Source of the DNA: Eukaryota sp. GEM-RC1
Taxonomy: Eukaryota
Assembly: GCA_040285855.1 (NCBI GenBank)
Contig: JAUFOQ010000003.1
Span: 310,001 to 374,000 of the forward strand
Direction of reading: 5' to 3'
DNA: 64,000 bases
In this document: positions 58,985 to 64,000 of the stretch, in pieces
Layout: each line of letters opens with the position of its first letter
Numbering within the stretch: position 1 is the first letter of the stretch
Program-made: the position numbers and the translations under genes
The notes under the pieces: model-generated
Told to the model about the DNA's origin: nothing
The model's input: only the letters and a program-made list of their open reading frames with translations
Databases searched by the model: none

Positions 58985-61667
58985 GATTTGGTTGTGTGTA
59001 ATTTTTGGACTTTCTCTTCTAATTGCGCAAGTTTCTGTTGAGTTGGAAAATCTGTAAATTTATAATACCCACTTGATCGACTTATCATTGGAGCCAATGT
59101 GTTATTGAAAAACTTTATAATTCCAGCAATGACATTATCCAATGCTCCAATTTGGTTGTTTAGATCACCCATTTGGTTATTGATTTGACCAATATCTTTG
59201 CTAAAGATATCTCCATGCACATATCTTCCCAACATTTCCTCAATGGTCCCTAAAAGATCATCTCTAAACAGATTTAACTCTTCAGCTTGACTATGTCCCC
59301 CATATAAGGAAGGAACAAACACATCATCTAAATTGGATTCTCCAAAATCTGTATTCAAAATATCATCAACAATTCTTGGTCTTCTTCCTCCAATTCTACC
59401 CCCAAAGTATCTGAAAGAATCTTGATCATAGAAATTTGATACAGCAAAAGAATCATCGATACCTTGTCGATAGAAATTAATCAAGAATCGTTTTAAAGAA
59501 TTCAAATATCTTCTATATAATTGATATTGCATAAAATGTGGATTGTTAGCTTTTTGAATTATTTCTGCAATTTGATGGTCTAACCCATCAATGTGTTGAC
59601 CCATTGATATACGAGCAATCACCTCATACAATACTTTTAAATCTTGATATAAAACATCAACGTGTCTACTATCTAAATCCTGAAGAGATGCAATTTGATC
59701 ATATGATTCTTTAGCCACACGAATGTCATTCTTTAATGCTCGTAAAGAAGAATCATCCAAATCACAATCAATTAATGTTTTCATCCAATTTGCACAGAAT
59801 AATTGAGAACAAGTTTTTGTATTTTCCAAAGTTTGTACGACATTTGGATTTTGAAGTAAATCTTCTCCCACATGTTCACAAATATCATTATAAGTGATGT
59901 TGGAATGTTTTAATAATTTTGGATTTTCATCTCCAATGACATTATATTTAATCAGATTTTGTAATCTAATGTGATCGTCATTTGTAATTGGAGTACTATT
60001 CAGATCCTCATCTTCAACTGATGTAAAAATGGTATTTAATGAATTTGAACAATAAGCAGGTTTTTTTTAATGTTGTAGTGTAAGATTGTGTTTCTAAATC
60101 ATAAACAATGGTTTCTTGAGTTTGATCTGGTCCAAGTTTCACTAATGCATCATTTGGATTGAATTTTCCAAAGGTTAATGCTTTTGCAAGATATTCGCCA
60201 TCATCAGCTACCTCTGCTGGATCTACAGGAAGACTTTTAGCATTTCCTGGATATATGCGTACAACAAAATGATCCGGAGAAACATCAGAAGAACCACCTT
60301 TTTGAAGTACGAGTGAATGCTTGGGGGTTTTACATAGAATTCATCAAACACGTTCTTACCAGTATTTGGTCCATACTCCTTATCTAAATGATTGTAATAC
60401 CAATCCAGATTCGCCTTATTCTGACTATCATTCAAATCCAACCAATTCTGATGTAATGGATTTGCATGCCATCGTCTAAAGATGTCATTATTAATGGGTC
60501 TGACATAAGGACGACCCTCTTCGTAAAGCATATTAGCATACTTGGGAACAAAATATTCATGGTACAATCTGTAAATGTCATCTGGAGTTGGTTTACGGTT
60601 CGTGGCTTGTTCATAGTCTTGTCTGTATTTTTCTGTTTCATTCCACCACGTAGTTCTATCATTCAAATTCACAAATTTTAGCTCGTATCCAATCTTGTCA
60701 TTTTCAAATACGTGCAGTCTAAGAGTCTCATCTTGCCTAGTTCGAGGTCGAGTTTTTAGAATGGGTCCCACAGTTGGTATATTTGTAGAGGGTTTAGAAG
60801 TGGATTGAGAAGTTGAGTCGTGTTGTTGTTTAGCAGCATCTTCTCGTTGTTTTCGTTTTCGTTGAGCAGCATCATGGCTGGAGAGTGTGAGATGGGAAGT
60901 GATGTGTTGCATGAAGTTTTTAACAATGTATCTCCATTAATTTTGCATGTTGAGATAATCTAATAGCTTCTAACTCTTTCTTTACAGCTGGATCCAAAAC
61001 AAATCCTGTGTTCTGGAGTCTACGTAAAGTCTCATTACTTACTTGATATAAATCCATCGCGTCTTTATAAACTTTTTTCTAGGTCATTGGTTAATCTCGT
61101 GGATAATTGAGTTAACTCCTCTGAATTTCCTACACCTATCGCGGTTTGTTGATATTGGGTAAATAAATCAATCATTTCATTATATTTAGCAAGCAGATTG
61201 ATGTTATTTGAATATGCAGCATTTAAAAAAACTGCTAGAGTTTGTTTTTGATGATTAGATGCGTTAAATTTTTGTACTTCTTCTCTTGTCTTTGTTTGTT
61301 CCTGTCGTAGTTGTTGCTGCAAGTTCTTTACAGATTCATTTAGTTTAGCCATCTCAAGCTTTGGAAACATTTCGCGTATTCTTAAGTTGAGCAGCCAACT
61401 CCTTATGTTGAGCAACACTTGATTCATATGATGTCCTTAGTCTATGCAGATCTTTTTCCTTTTCAGTATATTGTTTAATAAGATTCTCATAGTCGATCTT
61501 CATTTTGTCAATAGTTTCCTGCAATTGCTGAGAGTTCCTATGCTCATCTCTGAGTTGATCCTGTAATTGTTTTATCATATCTTGTACACCTGGAGCACCA
61601 TCGCTAATATTTTGTTTTAACCGATTAATTTCAGATTGCAATTTTCTGATTTAAGATTTTGAAAAAA
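58985..61667 (-). repeat. 2.7-kb coding cassette, copy 3
   Basis: Near-identical to copy 1 with the same junctions. Confidence 0.85.
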
Positions 61668-64000
61668 GAAACCAGGTTGCATCACTGTTGTTATGTTAAT
61701 TATTGGTGTTCAGTTTCTAGTCAGCTGAATGGCACCATGTGGAGTTGAACTCCGTTTATGTTCGATAGATGAATATTTCAAATTTTGCTGCAAGCAACCT
61801 CTGTACTACCAACAGTACGAACTATAACACAGTTTGATAGACATTGAGATTCAGTCCTCTTTCGGGTCTATGGATTTCACCGATAACAGTGAATCTCTTG
61901 TCAAAATTTTGTTAGACAACAACGATTTGTCTCTTTGGTAATCAAAGTCCTAGAAAATACTTCTCAGTACGTTACAGGGAACATCTGAAACCGTATACTC
62001 TCATCTAAATGTACAGTTTGTATCAATTTGTTCCTTTAACCGAACAGTTTTCAACAACACTACAGTCTTCATCAACACGAACAACAACAGAATGTATGAA
62101 AAAAGGAAACCAGGTTGCATCACTGTTGTTATGTTAATTATTGGTGTTCAGTTTCTAGTCAACTGAATGGCACTATGTGGAGTTGAACTCCGTTGATGAA
62201 TATTTTAAATTTGCTGCAAGCAACCTCTGTACTACCAACAGTACGAACTATAACACAGTTTGATAGACATTGAGATTCAGACCTCTTTCGGATCTATGAA
62301 TTTCATTGATAACAGTGAATCTCTTGTCAAAATTTTGTTAGACAATAACGATTTTTCTCTTTGGTAATCAAAGTCCTAGAAAATACTTCTCAGTATGTAA
62401 CAGGGGACATCTAAATCCGTATACTGTCATCTAAATGTACAGTTTGTGTCAATTTGTTCCTTTAACCGAATAGTGATCAACAACACTACAGTCTTCATCA
62501 ACACGAACAACAACAAAAGAGATACAAGATGGATGAAAAAAAGAAACCAGGTTGCATCACTGTTGTTATGTTAATTATTGGTGTTCAGTTTCTAGTCAGC
62601 TGAATGGCACCATGTGGAGTTGAACTCCGTTTATGTTCGATAGATGAATATTTCAAATTTTGCTGCAAGCAACCACCAACAGTACGAACTATAACACAGT
62701 TTGATAGACATTGAGATTCAGTCCTCTTTCGGGTCTATGGATTTCACCGATAACAGTGAATCTCTTGTCAAAATTTTGTTAGACAACAACGATTTGTCTC
62801 TTTGGTAATCAAAGTCCTAGAAAATACTTCTCAGTACGTTACAGGGAACATCTGAAACCGTATACTCTCATCTAAATGTACAGTCGATATCAATTTGTTC
62901 CTTTAACCGAACAGTTTTCAACAACACTACAGTCTTCATCAACACGAACAACAACAGAATGTATGAAAAAAGGAAACCAGGTTGCATCACTGTTGTTATG
63001 TTAATTATTGGTGTTCAGTTTCTAGTCAACTGAATGGCACTATGTGGAGTTGAACTCCGTTGATGAATATTTTAAATTTGCTGCAAGCAACCTCTGTACT
63101 ACCAACAGTACGAACTATAACACAGTTTGATAGACATTGAGATTCAGACCTCTTTCGGATCTATGAATTTCATTGATAACAGTGAATCTCTTGTCAAAAT
63201 TTTGTTAGACAATAACGATTTTTCTCTTTGGTAATCAAAGTCCTAGAAAATACTTCTCAGTATGTAACAGGGGACATCTAAATCCGTATACTGTCATCTA
63301 AATGTACAGTTTGTGTCAATTTGTTCCTTTAACCGAATAGTGATCAACAACACTACAGTCTTCATCAACACGAACAACAACAAAAGAGATACAAGATGGA
63401 TGAAAAAAAGAAACCAGGTTGCATCACTGTTGTTATGTTAATTATTGGTGTTCAGTTTCTAGTCAGCTGAATGGCACCATGTGGAGTTGAACTCCGTTTA
63501 TGTTCGATAGATGAATATTTCAAATTTTGCTGCAAGCAACCACCAACAGTACGAACTATAACACAGTTTGATAGACATTGAGATTCAGTCCTCTTTCGGG
63601 TCTATGGATTTCACCGATAACAGTGAATCTCTTGTCAAAATTTTGTTAGACAACAACGATTTGTCTCTTTGGTAATCAAAGTCCTAGAAAATACTTCTCA
63701 GTACGTTACAGGGAACATCTGAAACCGTATACTCTCATCTAAATGTACAGTCGATATCAATTTGTTCCTTTAACCGAACAGTTTTCAACAACACTACAGT
63801 CTTCATCAACACGAACAACAACAAAAGAGATACAAGATGGATGAAAAAAGGAAACCAGGTTGCATCACTGTTGTTATGTTAATTATTGGTGTTCAGTTTC
63901 TAGTCAGCTGAATGGCACCATGTGGAGTTGAACTCCGTTTATGATCGACAGATATTTTAAAATTTTGCTGCAAGCAACCTCTGTACTACTAACAGTACGA

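Larger units (their letters stand above)
44750..64000. repeat. Tandem satellite array of about 25 monomers of ~430-450 bp with variant monomers and higher-order blocks; runs off the window end
   Basis: gaaaccaggttgcatcact recurs at about 44843, 45272, 48394, 48832, 49269, 49710, 50157, 50586, 53706 ... 63410, 63851. Confidence 0.97.

Noticed and set aside
44750..64000. CRISPR array interpretation of the tandem repeats
   Set aside because: Monomers are ~440 bp with no unique spacers, there are no cas genes, and the context is eukaryotic.

Overview
AT-rich, gene-dense DNA from a flagellated microbial eukaryote. It carries CFAP251-like and RIIa D/D proteins, Spc24, Tup1-like, RabGGT-beta, TFIIH p44, expanded NLRC3-like LRR and BTB-Sel1 genes, and one 27-nt intron. 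Scattered homopolymer frameshifts suggest an imperfectly polished long-read assembly. The main result is two highly divergent minus-strand loci (about 21.8-25.5 kb and 35.8-38.7 kb) with the same architecture: a complete PolB-type DEDDy 3'-5' exonuclease domain (ExoI/II/III) joined to a Fanzor1-type TnpB-like RNA-guided nuclease, with no polymerase or transposase next to it. Locus 1 is preceded by a 2A ribosome-skipping motif (GDVESNPGP). Downstream it has a hairpin-rich candidate omegaRNA region interrupted by a hAT MITE. Four well-defined non-autonomous DNA transposons (two hAT, two TA-flanked) are present. The last ~19 kb is a satellite array of ~25 monomers of ~430-450 bp. It carries three copies of a 2.7-kb, doubly truncated two-gene fragment inserted at the same A-tract. 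All calls come from reading motifs by eye; no database searches were run.
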